Sequence record: NC_004928.1
Source: Escherichia phage RB69
Strand: one strand, 5' to 3'
DNA length: 64,000 nt
This document shows positions 18,662 through 27,707 of the stretch, one piece after another. Under the pieces are notes generated by a model. The model ran no database searches and was not told the origin of the DNA. It saw only the letters and a list, made by a program, of their open reading frames with translations. Positions within the stretch are counted from its first letter, which is position 1, and each line of letters begins with the position of its first letter. The position numbers and the translations under genes were made by a program.

Positions 18662-18947
18662 CTGTGATTTCGGTTATGATATCTTTGTTATCGAAATTAG
18701 GGTCACAATACAAAACATAGTTGTACTGCATGATACCGCCAGACTTAAGTTGTTCAACAACTTTATTAACCATATTAGGACGGTCTCGTTTAGTGATGTT
18801 CATGATATCAGAGAAGATTTGTTGTTCAACATCTTCTTGATTTGCAGTCATTGACCACTCACAGAGGTCTTTATCATAACCTGCCGTAACTGGAGCCGGT
18901 GCACATGATACTGCAAGTAAGATTGCTGCCAATGATAACTTTTTCAT
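18654..18947 (-). CDS. predicted lipoprotein
   Basis: 97 aa; signal peptide ending in lipobox LAVSC. Confidence 0.5.
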   Translation of the reverse strand: MKKLSLAAILLAVSCAPAPVTAGYDKDLCEWSMTANQEDVEQQIFSDIMNITKRDRPNMVNKVVEQLKSGGIMQYNYVLYCDPNFDNKDIITEITGE

Positions 18948-18976
18948 TTTAACTCCTTAGTTGATTTGATAGGACT

Positions 18977-19006
18977 ACTATACTATAGTCCATCTATAAT
19001 GTAAAC
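18977..19006 (-). promoter_or_regulatory. early promoter (GTTTAC, 18 nt, TATAGT), ggactat-type cassette
   Basis: upstream of the AAGGAG site of the lipoprotein gene. Confidence 0.45.
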
Positions 19007-19010
19007 AAGT

Positions 19011-19259
19011 TTATTCTTTTTCGCGAATAATAATTACTTGTTGAGGCTGCTGAGCCGATTTCTTTTCGGCAACGATAGACCAAATTAAAGTTCCAATCCA
19101 ACCAACCATCGTCCAGTTAAAGAGTAAAGATACAAAGAAGATTGCTGTTGTGCTTTTTGTGCCACGAATAAGTGCGATTACCCAAGGCAACATGTAAATG
19201 ATGATTGAACCAATACCTGCGATTAAAACTGCTACTGAACTAGCTACGAATAATTCCAT
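19011..19259 (-). CDS. small integral membrane protein
   Basis: 82 aa; two hydrophobic helices. Confidence 0.5.
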   Translation of the reverse strand: MELFVASSVAVLIAGIGSIIIYMLPWVIALIRGTKSTTAIFFVSLLFNWTMVGWIGTLIWSIVAEKKSAQQPQQVIIIREKE

Positions 19260-19320
19260 GTTAATTTCCTCTTGATTTGTTATGTTTATAGTATCTTGTT
19301 TTAACTTTGGTGTAAACCAA

Positions 19321-19689
19321 TTAATTAAATTTGTTTAAACGTTCAATACACTGGACGTAGTTATTCGCGATTTGTTTCTGGGTAGGCTCTTTACCAGTTG
19401 TTTCAACATAGCGAATGAACGCGATTTCAGTAGCCTGTAAGCAATGTTCTTTAACGCGTTGTTCTTTTGACAATGCTACAGTATCAGAATCACGATAACG
19501 TTGAGCATGGGCATCAGCTTGAATCATTCGATTACCTACAGTAACCGGGTCTTCCACTTCAACTTTAGGTTGGTTGTACTGTTTAACATTCGGATTGTAA
19601 ATCAGTTGGCCAACGTTATTAGGGATAAAGCCATGGGCACCACATCCAGTTAATCCGAATACCATTGCTAAAGCGATTAATTTTTTCAT
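19321..19689 (-). CDS. predicted lipoprotein
   Basis: 122 aa; signal peptide with lipobox LTGC. Confidence 0.5.
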   Translation of the reverse strand: MKKLIALAMVFGLTGCGAHGFIPNNVGQLIYNPNVKQYNQPKVEVEDPVTVGNRMIQADAHAQRYRDSDTVALSKEQRVKEHCLQATEIAFIRYVETTGKEPTQKQIANNYVQCIERLNKFN

Positions 19690-19749
19690 TTCAATTTCCT
19701 CTGTAGTTGATAGAAAGATAGTAACACAGTATGTGGTGCTTGTAAACAG

Positions 19750-19962
19750 CTATTTTAAACTTTTGCGAAATTTGCGTTTTTCTTGACGAATCTGTCGTTT
19801 AGTCGGACGTACAGCAAATTTAACGAAGTCCACTTTGCCGTGTGGAAACTTTTCAGATGCTTCACAGTCCATCATTAGTTCCCATCCTTCCAGAATAAGA
19901 GCTTTCCATTGTGTAGTTGATGCAAATTCGTATGTTGATGGTTTAAACACAGTTGAATACAT
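19750..19962 (-). CDS. small basic-tail protein (C-terminal VRPTKRQIR motif)
   Basis: ORF track 19750..20001; likely start Met14 after GAGGA; C-terminus resembles the two small ORFs near gene 49. Confidence 0.45.
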   Translation of the reverse strand: MYSTVFKPSTYEFASTTQWKALILEGWELMMDCEASEKFPHGKVDFVKFAVRPTKRQIRQEKRKFRKSLK

Positions 19963-19963
19963 A

Positions 19964-20176
19964 TTATCCTCTGAAATCAGCTTCAAAAACTTTCTCGTCA
20001 TTAATAAATGCTTTAACTAATGCATTGTTCACTTCAGCAAGTTGTACCGTAACCCACTCGATTTCTTCGCGATCACCTGATAACATGATATCTTTAGTGA
20101 ACATCTCACCGCTTTTAAACCAACCGATAAAAGTAACTTTAGTTAATTTGCTCATATTTCCTCGCAAAATGCCCAT
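19964..20176 (-). CDS. hypothetical protein
   Basis: 70-aa ORF. Confidence 0.4.
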   Translation of the reverse strand: MGILRGNMSKLTKVTFIGWFKSGEMFTKDIMLSGDREEIEWVTVQLAEVNNALVKAFINDEKVFEADFRG

Positions 20177-20469
20177 TCAGCGTGATAAACTGTAGCACCT
20201 TTAGTATTATTCATTTGAACTACGTCTACCGGAGAAATTACTCGATAGAGACGTGGTTCACCTCCATAAGAGCGTGCTGCTCGTCCTGCATAAATCTTTG
20301 CTAAACCGATATCTTCAGTAAAGAATACACGATCCAAGTTTTTCTTACGTCCAGTTTCAGACAGAACTCCTGTTTCCTCAGGAGGACAAAGCATGTTTTC
20401 GATGTTAGCTGAACTACTTGAACCGTGATAAAAAATCTTAAATTCTGCTTTACAATCGATGGTTTTCAT
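20152..20469 (-). CDS. hypothetical protein
   Basis: 105-aa ORF with its own early promoter. Confidence 0.45.
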   Translation of the reverse strand: MKTIDCKAEFKIFYHGSSSSANIENMLCPPEETGVLSETGRKKNLDRVFFTEDIGLAKIYAGRAARSYGGEPRLYRVISPVDVVQMNNTKGATVYHAEWAFCEEI

Positions 20470-20495
20470 TTTGTTCTCCAGTAGGTGATAGGTCT

Positions 20496-20523
20496 ATAAT
20501 ACACAACTACTGGAGAAGTAAAC
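20496..20523 (-). promoter_or_regulatory. early promoter (GTTTAC, 16 nt, TATTAT); spacer complementary to downstream ribosome-binding site
   Basis: ctccagtag (20476-20484) and ctactggag (20508-20516) form a 9-bp inverted repeat that includes the GGAG site. Confidence 0.5.
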
Positions 20524-20898
20524 TTAAAAACGTAATTTAGATATATCTGCGTTGATTTCGTTTTGGTTTGCGTCGTATGCAATTAAACGAACCGCTTTAG
20601 ATGGGTCATTCAATGCATAGAAATGATGGAACATTGCTCGAACGATATCACCATTTACGAGTTCTACCTGGATAGGAGAACCTTTTTCGAGTTGGAAATG
20701 TTCATAAGCTTTGATGGTTCGCAGATAATCAAGTTTTTGATTTCCGGCTCCAACAATTTGTACGATACGTTTGCCCATGTTTTCCATACGAGATACAATA
20801 GTTTTAGGAGCAAGAATAACGTAGGTTGCCAGCGGAGAAACTACTTCAACAGTTGTGTTTTCGGTGATTGCAGTAAAAATTGCTTGAGACATATTCAT
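20524..20898 (-). CDS. hypothetical protein
   Basis: 124-aa ORF. Confidence 0.5.
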   Translation of the reverse strand: MNMSQAIFTAITENTTVEVVSPLATYVILAPKTIVSRMENMGKRIVQIVGAGNQKLDYLRTIKAYEHFQLEKGSPIQVELVNGDIVRAMFHHFYALNDPSKAVRLIAYDANQNEINADISKLRF

Positions 20899-20927
20899 AA
20901 TGTTTTCCTCTTGGTTGGTGTAAGTAC

Positions 20928-20957
20928 ATCATATCATGTCTAGAGGAAGATGTAAAC
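20928..20957 (-). promoter_or_regulatory. early promoter (GTTTAC, 18 nt, TATGAT)
   Basis: minus strand GTTTACatcttcctctagacatgaTATGAT. Confidence 0.4.
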
Positions 20958-20963
20958 CCCGAA

Positions 20964-20988
20964 AGGAGACCGAAGTCTCCTTTTTATT
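20964..20988 (+). terminator. hairpin aggagac-cgaa-gtctcct with T-tract on the plus strand
   Basis: the U-tract follows the stem only on the plus strand; on the minus strand it is a UUCG hairpin just after the gene 41 stop. Confidence 0.4.
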
Positions 20989-22429
20989 AAAATTTTAACT
21001 CATTGGCTAAGCTATCTAGGTCAGCACGTGTTGCTTTGGCTTTACCTACGCGTTCCGTACGATTCACCTCTGCCTGACGCATCTGAGCACCTGCGTTTTC
21101 ATTTACTGTGTTAGGTGTGTTCATGCCTTCTTGCTCAATCTCAACCCATTTCTGATTGCCTTTACGTACACCCATCAGGAATTTATTCCACTTATTCTTA
21201 TCGCCGTATCGTGATTTGATTTGCTTGATAAGTTGTTGTTCAGCTTGTGCAAGTTCTTCGGTTTCAATTACAGCCAACATGAAATCTGCCGTTGCTGGTA
21301 AACCTGCTGATTCTGCGATATCACTCATGTTCATGTCTGAAGCATCCCATGCTGCACGTCCTACTTGAGCTGCAGTCCATAGAACTGTTTCAGATTCTAC
21401 TGCTAATGCACGAAGTTCTTCTGCGATAGCTTTAACTAATGTGTAGCTATTTTCAGTGTAAACTCTGATACGACAAGACCCACAAATACCTAAGTAATCA
21501 ACCATGATTACAGATGGCACAAAGTTCTTCTTAAGTTTTAACTCATTAAGCAATGCACGGAATGTATTAGCATTAGCTCCACCAGTAGGATACTGTTTAA
21601 CTACTAAACGTCCTAATGTTGTTTTTGAACGCCATTTTTCCATCTTGGCTTTATATTCAGCATAAGATACGTTACCATCATCAATATCATCAAGTGATAC
21701 GTCAAGCATGTTTGCATCTATACGCTTAGCGCAAACTTCTTCAGCCATTTCCATAGAAATATAAAGAACGTTATGACCTGTTTGAAGATAATCTGCAGCA
21801 AGTGAACAAAGGCCTAAAGATTTACCGACGTTAACACCAGCCATTAAAACGTTTAGTGTACCGGTTTCAGCACCACCTTTGGTTATTTTATTCAAAATGT
21901 TTAATTTGAACGGGACCTTACGTGCTTTATTTAGATAAGAAAGCCAGCGTGCTTCGTAGTCTTCCATCCAGTCATGTCCAACATAACTATCGAACGAAAT
22001 TGAAAGTGCTTGACGCATAATATCAGGAATAGCTCCTACGTCAGGCATTTTCTTGTTACGTTGTTCTGGAGGTAGTTCAGCATTAGACTGAATTTCAATG
22101 ATTTTGGACGTAGCATTATACATCGCTTTTTGCTGGACATATTTCTCAGTTTCTTTAACCAACCATTCGTGGTCTTCAGGAGTATCAGCCAATTTTTCAA
22201 TTAGGTCTGAAGTTCCTTTATATTCGGCTTCAGTTAAAGAACTGTTATCTAAAGCCACCTTTAATGCATTGATAGATGGCATTGCATTATATTCGTTAAC
22301 GTGGCTCTTTATAATTTTAAAGACGTTTTTTGCCGGTCCACGCTCAAAGTAATCAGAATCCATATAAGGCCAGACCTTAGAAAAATAAGCCTGGTCATAT
22401 ACTAGATGAGACAAAATAATTTCTACCAC
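20987..22429 (-). CDS. 41: replicative DNA helicase gp41 (DnaB-like)
   Basis: 480 aa; colinear with the T4 gp41 sequence as I recall it. Confidence 0.9.
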   Translation of the reverse strand: MVEIILSHLVYDQAYFSKVWPYMDSDYFERGPAKNVFKIIKSHVNEYNAMPSINALKVALDNSSLTEAEYKGTSDLIEKLADTPEDHEWLVKETEKYVQQKAMYNATSKIIEIQSNAELPPEQRNKKMPDVGAIPDIMRQALSISFDSYVGHDWMEDYEARWLSYLNKARKVPFKLNILNKITKGGAETGTLNVLMAGVNVGKSLGLCSLAADYLQTGHNVLYISMEMAEEVCAKRIDANMLDVSLDDIDDGNVSYAEYKAKMEKWRSKTTLGRLVVKQYPTGGANANTFRALLNELKLKKNFVPSVIMVDYLGICGSCRIRVYTENSYTLVKAIAEELRALAVESETVLWTAAQVGRAAWDASDMNMSDIAESAGLPATADFMLAVIETEELAQAEQQLIKQIKSRYGDKNKWNKFLMGVRKGNQKWVEIEQEGMNTPNTVNENAGAQMRQAEVNRTERVGKAKATRADLDSLANELKF

Positions 22430-22438
22430 GATAACTCC

Positions 22439-22783
22439 TTAAAAGAATTTAAATTTTTTCTTGGCCCGTTCATTAAAAGCTTGTTGTACTTGCATTGTAA
22501 CACATTTTTCAACATGTGGTGCAAGTTCTGCCTTTTCTGTCCTGGTCAAGAACTGCAAAGTCCATTTCGATTTTACCATCAACCCAGTGCTAGTTTTGTA
22601 ATATAGACTTATATGATGGGAACCGTCTTCAAGTGTAATCAGAATCTCTTGAATGACATTTTCCATTGCCGAACGGATAATTTTAAGAGATTCATTAAAC
22701 ACTCGTTCTTTGCGAATGTCTTCCCCTTCCGAAGAAGGGGATTCATCAACGATTTCTAGATTTAAATCATCGAGATTATTCAT
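22439..22783 (-). CDS. 40: gp40-like head vertex assembly chaperone
   Basis: ORF track 22439..22804; start at Met8 gives 114 aa as in T4 gp40 and avoids overlap with uvsX. Confidence 0.5.
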   Translation of the reverse strand: MNNLDDLNLEIVDESPSSEGEDIRKERVFNESLKIIRSAMENVIQEILITLEDGSHHISLYYKTSTGLMVKSKWTLQFLTRTEKAELAPHVEKCVTMQVQQAFNERAKKKFKFF

Positions 22784-23948
22784 CGAAATCTTCCATTTCG
22801 TCAAGGTCGTTTTCTATATCTGCTGCAGACGGAGCATCAGAAGTTTTAACCGGAACTTTAGTTGTTGCTTTGCAATTAATAAGGTCGTTAACAGCGTCAT
22901 CAACTTCTTTAATAGAAGAGATAGCACCTAGTTTATATTTAGTTTCAATTGCATCTCGGAAAGGTTTGTGTTTAAACAACGGTCCCCAGAATTCTACACA
23001 ATCAGTAGCTTTAGCACGCCACGATTTCTCTTCACGAATCATTTCACCTGTTTCTTCGTCAAGGAATTCACGAGCATACCACCCGGCTTTAGGCTTAACC
23101 ACAAAACCGATTTCAGTTGCCATTTCTAACAAGCCACTGAATGGGTCGATACCACCATCAAAATTAACCGTGATTGGGAAAGTAGATTTTTCTTTAACGG
23201 TGCGAGATTTTTCTGCTTTCAACGTGAAGTCATAACCGGTCAATTCTGTACCTTCTTTAACCTGACGTTTAGAGATAAAAAATACCGTGTTGGCAGAATA
23301 AAGAATACCTGTACCACCACCCATAATCTCTTTAGGATACAATCCGCCAATTTCCATTGCTGTATGGTTGATTGCAACACATGGAATATCTTTAATAGTC
23401 AGATAAGGAGTCACAATGCGGAACAGAGATTTAAGTGCCTTAGCACGAGACATATCACCTACAACTTTCTCGTTCAATGCATCTTCAGTTTCTTTCTTAG
23501 ACGCAGTATTACCAATCGAGTCAATAAAGATAATAACTTTATCACCGCGTTCAATAGCGTCAAGCTGATTAGTCATATCAACTTTAAGTTGTTCGACAGA
23601 TTGAATCGGAGTATGAACTACACGGTCTAAATCAACACCCATTGAACGAAAATAAGATTCTGAAGCACCGAATTCTGAGTCATAAAACAAACAGATTGCA
23701 TCTTTATATTTCTTCATATACGCTGCAACCATAGTTAGTCCAAACAACGTTTTAAAGTGTTTAGAAGGAGCAGCAAAAATAGTTAAGCCTGATTGCAACC
23801 CTGCATTCAGTGCACCACCTAATGCAATATTCAACATCGGAATACGAGTAGGGACTTCATCGCGATTATTAAACAGCTTAGACTTAGTCAAGTCTGCAGT
23901 CATTTTAGAAGTAGAAGCTTTAATCAGACGAGATTTTAAATCAGACAT
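22776..23948 (-). CDS. uvsX: UvsX recombinase (RecA-like)
   Basis: 390 aa; matches T4 UvsX throughout. Confidence 0.9.
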   Translation of the reverse strand: MSDLKSRLIKASTSKMTADLTKSKLFNNRDEVPTRIPMLNIALGGALNAGLQSGLTIFAAPSKHFKTLFGLTMVAAYMKKYKDAICLFYDSEFGASESYFRSMGVDLDRVVHTPIQSVEQLKVDMTNQLDAIERGDKVIIFIDSIGNTASKKETEDALNEKVVGDMSRAKALKSLFRIVTPYLTIKDIPCVAINHTAMEIGGLYPKEIMGGGTGILYSANTVFFISKRQVKEGTELTGYDFTLKAEKSRTVKEKSTFPITVNFDGGIDPFSGLLEMATEIGFVVKPKAGWYAREFLDEETGEMIREEKSWRAKATDCVEFWGPLFKHKPFRDAIETKYKLGAISSIKEVDDAVNDLINCKATTKVPVKTSDAPSAADIENDLDEMEDFDE

Positions 23949-24046
23949 TGTATTTTTCCATAGGCATCATTATATTTTACTCATGTTTAAAAGATAAGAT
24001 GATTATATACTAAGGGTTATACAGCATTTAAAACTTTAAATGGCTC

Positions 24047-24595
24047 TTAACGAGCCCATTTGATGATTTCTGTAATCAAATCATTACGTTCGCTTGCATT
24101 AAATCCTATAACTTTGTTAGCACCATCATGATTAAGTAATTGATACGTTTGGATTTCGTTATGAATTGCAAACTCTTCAAAATGTGAAATGACTGTATTA
24201 AAACCGAATGAAGACAAAGTAATAAGGTCGTCTTCAAAACTTTCAGTCATTTCGTTACGTGTTAAAATAATTGTGAACACATCATGGTTTTGGCAAAGAC
24301 GAACATAATCCTGTTCATAAACGTCAAGAACCGAGTCCGCATCTTGTCGAATACGTCCATAAACCCAGTTACTAATATATCCACGATCTAACAGATAAAT
24401 CTTAGTAGGGTCTAAATAATTCAACATCGTTTCGAAACAGCCAACTTCATTTCGAGACTTAACATCAAAACGTCCATCAACTGTTCGTTTAGGGAAATCA
24501 ATCTTTACATATCTTTCACTAATTTCCATTATGTCATTAATGAAAGTTGTTTTACCAGCATTATCCGGGCCATCTACTAAAATAATTTTAGCCAT
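24047..24595 (-). CDS. P-loop NTPase, small kinase-like protein
   Basis: 182 aa; Walker A GPDNAGKTT at the N-terminus; sits where T4 has beta-glucosyltransferase. Confidence 0.5.
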   Translation of the reverse strand: MAKIILVDGPDNAGKTTFINDIMEISERYVKIDFPKRTVDGRFDVKSRNEVGCFETMLNYLDPTKIYLLDRGYISNWVYGRIRQDADSVLDVYEQDYVRLCQNHDVFTIILTRNEMTESFEDDLITLSSFGFNTVISHFEEFAIHNEIQTYQLLNHDGANKVIGFNASERNDLITEIIKWAR

Positions 24596-24596
24596 T

Positions 24597-24947
24597 TTAT
24601 TCCTCGATTACGACATCTTCATATTTAGGTATATTATACGGCGAAGAAATTAAAGCGTTAAAGTAGATGAACTCACCAAGACCTGGATGGAATACTTCTT
24701 CAGGATTTTCGAAATATTGAATCTTCGGACGTCCTTTAAGAATTTGATAGTACTCAGTTTTAGTTGGTTTAAAAATTCGAATCAGCGCTTCTTCAGGATA
24801 CTTATTTCTGTCGAAGCTATTATTTGGATCGGTTATATAAAGCGGTTGGCCTAATTGAATTGCACATTCAACCACTTGTTCAAAACGATAGCACGGGTCA
24901 CTAATTCGAAATGGATGAAAAATACCATCTAGATGAATAGGAGCCAA
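24597..24947 (-). CDS. hypothetical protein
   Basis: 116-aa ORF. Confidence 0.45.
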   Translation of the reverse strand: MAPIHLDGIFHPFRISDPCYRFEQVVECAIQLGQPLYITDPNNSFDRNKYPEEALIRIFKPTKTEYYQILKGRPKIQYFENPEEVFHPGLGEFIYFNALISSPYNIPKYEDVVIEE

Positions 24948-24948
24948 A

Positions 24949-25497
24949 TCACACTACAAGACGCTGCATGATGGAAGGACGTATAACTTTCTGCGTTACG
25001 ATAATCTTATTACCATCTGCACCTGCGTTAACCAGCACTTCTTTTTGACGTTCATTCAACACAGTAGTTTGAAGTGAACGATTAACCGACAACATATCGG
25101 TTTTTAAGAATTCGTCAATATAAAAACGTGGTTTATTAGGGTCTGCAGTGATATTGAAAATGAATTCCACATCAAAAGCGCCGTCATATCCAGTGATATC
25201 TGTGATTAGAAAATCACAATCATAATAAGCAATTAATGAATCAACCACAAATTCATTTTCAGACCAGAAATATTTACGAGTGTTATACGCGTTATCTTTA
25301 TACCATAATGGAACAAACTTAAATTCCGGGAAAAGACGTTCGCATTCTTTAATATCAGATGCATTACGTGGATATGTAATCACATCACCTGGATTAGCAC
25401 GGTGCAAATGAAGTTGGAAGTTGCCATCCTTAAGGATAGAATACTGTCCAGTTTCATAAGACCGCATACTCAAGATAGGTACGCGGAAAATAGCCAT
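24949..25497 (-). CDS. hypothetical protein
   Basis: 182-aa ORF. Confidence 0.45.
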   Translation of the reverse strand: MAIFRVPILSMRSYETGQYSILKDGNFQLHLHRANPGDVITYPRNASDIKECERLFPEFKFVPLWYKDNAYNTRKYFWSENEFVVDSLIAYYDCDFLITDITGYDGAFDVEFIFNITADPNKPRFYIDEFLKTDMLSVNRSLQTTVLNERQKEVLVNAGADGNKIIVTQKVIRPSIMQRLVV

Positions 25498-26213
25498 TAG
25501 TCAAGGAATCCTTTAACATAATCAAAATCACGTTCAAACACATGGGCACTTACCATGGTATGAGTATAATCACCAACTTCTACACCACATTCGTTAGCGA
25601 TATAATGAAGTAATTTTCCTTGGAGATAAAAATCCAACTGCATAACAACAGCACAGTTCTGGGAACGCATATGGCAGTGGGTATAAAGCTTACCATCACG
25701 AATATAATAAGTCACTGAGTCAGTACATGGATATTCAAGCGTTTCGTCCGAATCAAGCAAAGCCTGATCAGAACTTTCTAGAATTTGGAACACAACTCTT
25801 CGGGAGTTAGGCTTCTCTTTAAGTTCTTTTAGAAGAGCTGGTAATTGGGCCGCAATGCGAGGACCGTAGAAAGTGTTGAAGTTTGCAGGCAAAGCGTCTG
25901 ATTTAGGTTTAGAAATAAATTTAGCAACGTTAGGATATGCCTTAAACGCTTCTTCTGCATCAGTACCACCAGAAATCATAAACTTCCAGAAGTCTTCGGC
26001 ATATTCATAAGAGATGCGGTTAATACGTGGGTCGGTCATTTTGAATGATGATGGAGTGTCAACAACTACTGTCATAGACCCAATTTCATTACAACGTCCA
26101 ATACGAGAATCAGTTACGAATTCCGGGTTTTCTAAAATTTCACGATTGACTGCTTTAAATGCGGTTTGAAAATCTGCGGCTTTGATATATTTCATTGTGT
26201 TATGTTTTCCCAT
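25497..26213 (-). CDS. 42: deoxypyrimidine-nucleotide hydroxymethylase (gp42-like, thymidylate-synthase fold), divergent
   Basis: 238 aa; catalytic region EYPCTDSVTYYIRDGKLYTHCHMRSQN aligns with T4 gp42 FMCTNTVQYLIRD...MRSND. Confidence 0.6.
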   Translation of the reverse strand: MGKHNTMKYIKAADFQTAFKAVNREILENPEFVTDSRIGRCNEIGSMTVVVDTPSSFKMTDPRINRISYEYAEDFWKFMISGGTDAEEAFKAYPNVAKFISKPKSDALPANFNTFYGPRIAAQLPALLKELKEKPNSRRVVFQILESSDQALLDSDETLEYPCTDSVTYYIRDGKLYTHCHMRSQNCAVVMQLDFYLQGKLLHYIANECGVEVGDYTHTMVSAHVFERDFDYVKGFLD

Positions 26214-26255
26214 GTTTACCTCAATACAATTTATTATATACTCAATTCATAAAGC

Positions 26256-26495
26256 TTATTTGAATTTCTTAGCGATGTTGATATAACGTAAAGCTTCAGC
26301 ATCGATATTTCCAAGAACACTATGAAGAAATGCATCAGCGTAGTATTCCAATTGAACAGGTTCTTTAATCACTTTAGCCGCTTTAGTTTCAAACAGGCCC
26401 ATCAGGGCCTTTTTAAGAATTTGTTCGTTGCTGTTAATTTTCATAGTCAAAATCTCTTCATTAAGTTGGTGGTTAAAAGTTTTTCTAGAAATCAT
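26256..26495 (-). CDS. hypothetical protein
   Basis: 79-aa ORF. Confidence 0.4.
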   Translation of the reverse strand: MISRKTFNHQLNEEILTMKINSNEQILKKALMGLFETKAAKVIKEPVQLEYYADAFLHSVLGNIDAEALRYINIAKKFK

Positions 26496-27661
26496 TCTGG
26501 GTACCTCAAAGCGTCATCAGAGTTAGTTACATCAATAATAGATATAGAATTTTCTGATAACCCATTTTTAGATAACTGACGTTTATAATATCTTTCACAA
26601 TATGTACACGTCGTCCCGCAGATTTCATTAGCACAATCGAAATCTGGATGTCTGAACCACCTTTTTTCTAAAAAGCCATCTAACAAAGAGGTTTCAATAT
26701 TTACTGTATGTGAAAACTCAGTTTCGTTTTCAAGAGTGAAAATAGTCTCTAAAGGCTTCCACAGTTCTAACAAATTACCTTCAAACTTTTCAGAAGCGTA
26801 TGCTTCAAGAACTTTCAAAATGTAGTCTGTGCTACCTGTACGTCCTGAAACTTTGAATTGAGTGATACCAATATCATTATAAAGTTTCAAATCTTGAGGA
26901 CGAACAAAACGAGTTCTCAACCAGTTAAATGGGTCTGTATCACGAGCTTTAATACAGTGCTGCATAGGATATCCGTTTAAGGATTTAGCATCATCAGCTG
27001 TAACATCAGTACTATGGAAAATATAGCAAGAGTCACGATAGCTACAATGTGTTGTATACCCTTTACCAGCATTAGAACAGAACTCATTTACAAGAACTTC
27101 AAATATTATATTGTTCTTATTGCAAAACTCTGCTGCACGCTTCAGGAAAGAAACTGAACGGTTTTTATGAATTCCACAGCAGACCTTTTTGATATTATAT
27201 TGGTCATGCAAGTATTTGATTTGAGTTACAGCATCGACATGTAGAATTGTTGAAACTTCAATCTCAATGTCTTTATTGACTTCACGAACAATTTCCATAA
27301 CAACAGGGTTAGCGATAGTAATACGCCATACGCCTATTGACCAAAGATACTGAACATAATCCTGAATAGCTTTCTTCTTCCACTCAACTAGTTCTCTTTT
27401 TGAACCAGGATTTATCGTGTTGAGTGTATAGTTAAAGCAAATACCTAATTCGTTACAACGTTTAACGTAATCTTCTAACATCTTTTTGTCAACGTCAGGA
27501 AGCCTAAAATCAGGTCTGGCTGCTACAAAAGCCATTTCTCTTGTAGAGCCGTATACTTCGTTTATCAAGCTATTAGGATAAGTTTTATTGAGCTCTACGA
27601 TTTTATCAAGAAGAGCTAAATCAAAATTCGTTCCGATTTTAAAAGTATTCATTTTTTGCAT
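26492..27661 (-). CDS. U32-family-like protein with C-terminal Cys cluster
   Basis: 389 aa; N-terminal pattern EVYGS...FVAARPDF...LNT and cysteine-rich segments; weak, motif-level only. Confidence 0.4.
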   Translation of the reverse strand: MQKMNTFKIGTNFDLALLDKIVELNKTYPNSLINEVYGSTREMAFVAARPDFRLPDVDKKMLEDYVKRCNELGICFNYTLNTINPGSKRELVEWKKKAIQDYVQYLWSIGVWRITIANPVVMEIVREVNKDIEIEVSTILHVDAVTQIKYLHDQYNIKKVCCGIHKNRSVSFLKRAAEFCNKNNIIFEVLVNEFCSNAGKGYTTHCSYRDSCYIFHSTDVTADDAKSLNGYPMQHCIKARDTDPFNWLRTRFVRPQDLKLYNDIGITQFKVSGRTGSTDYILKVLEAYASEKFEGNLLELWKPLETIFTLENETEFSHTVNIETSLLDGFLEKRWFRHPDFDCANEICGTTCTYCERYYKRQLSKNGLSENSISIIDVTNSDDALRYPE

Positions 27662-27707
27662 CTCGCGTTAATTGATGCGATGGTTTTTGCAGGTCTTACT
27701 TAAATTA

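Noticed and set aside
20152-20469. Possible ADP-ribosyltransferase-like motif (FYHGSSS) in a 105-aa protein
   Set aside because: A single short motif in a protein too small for a confident fold assignment; left as hypothetical.
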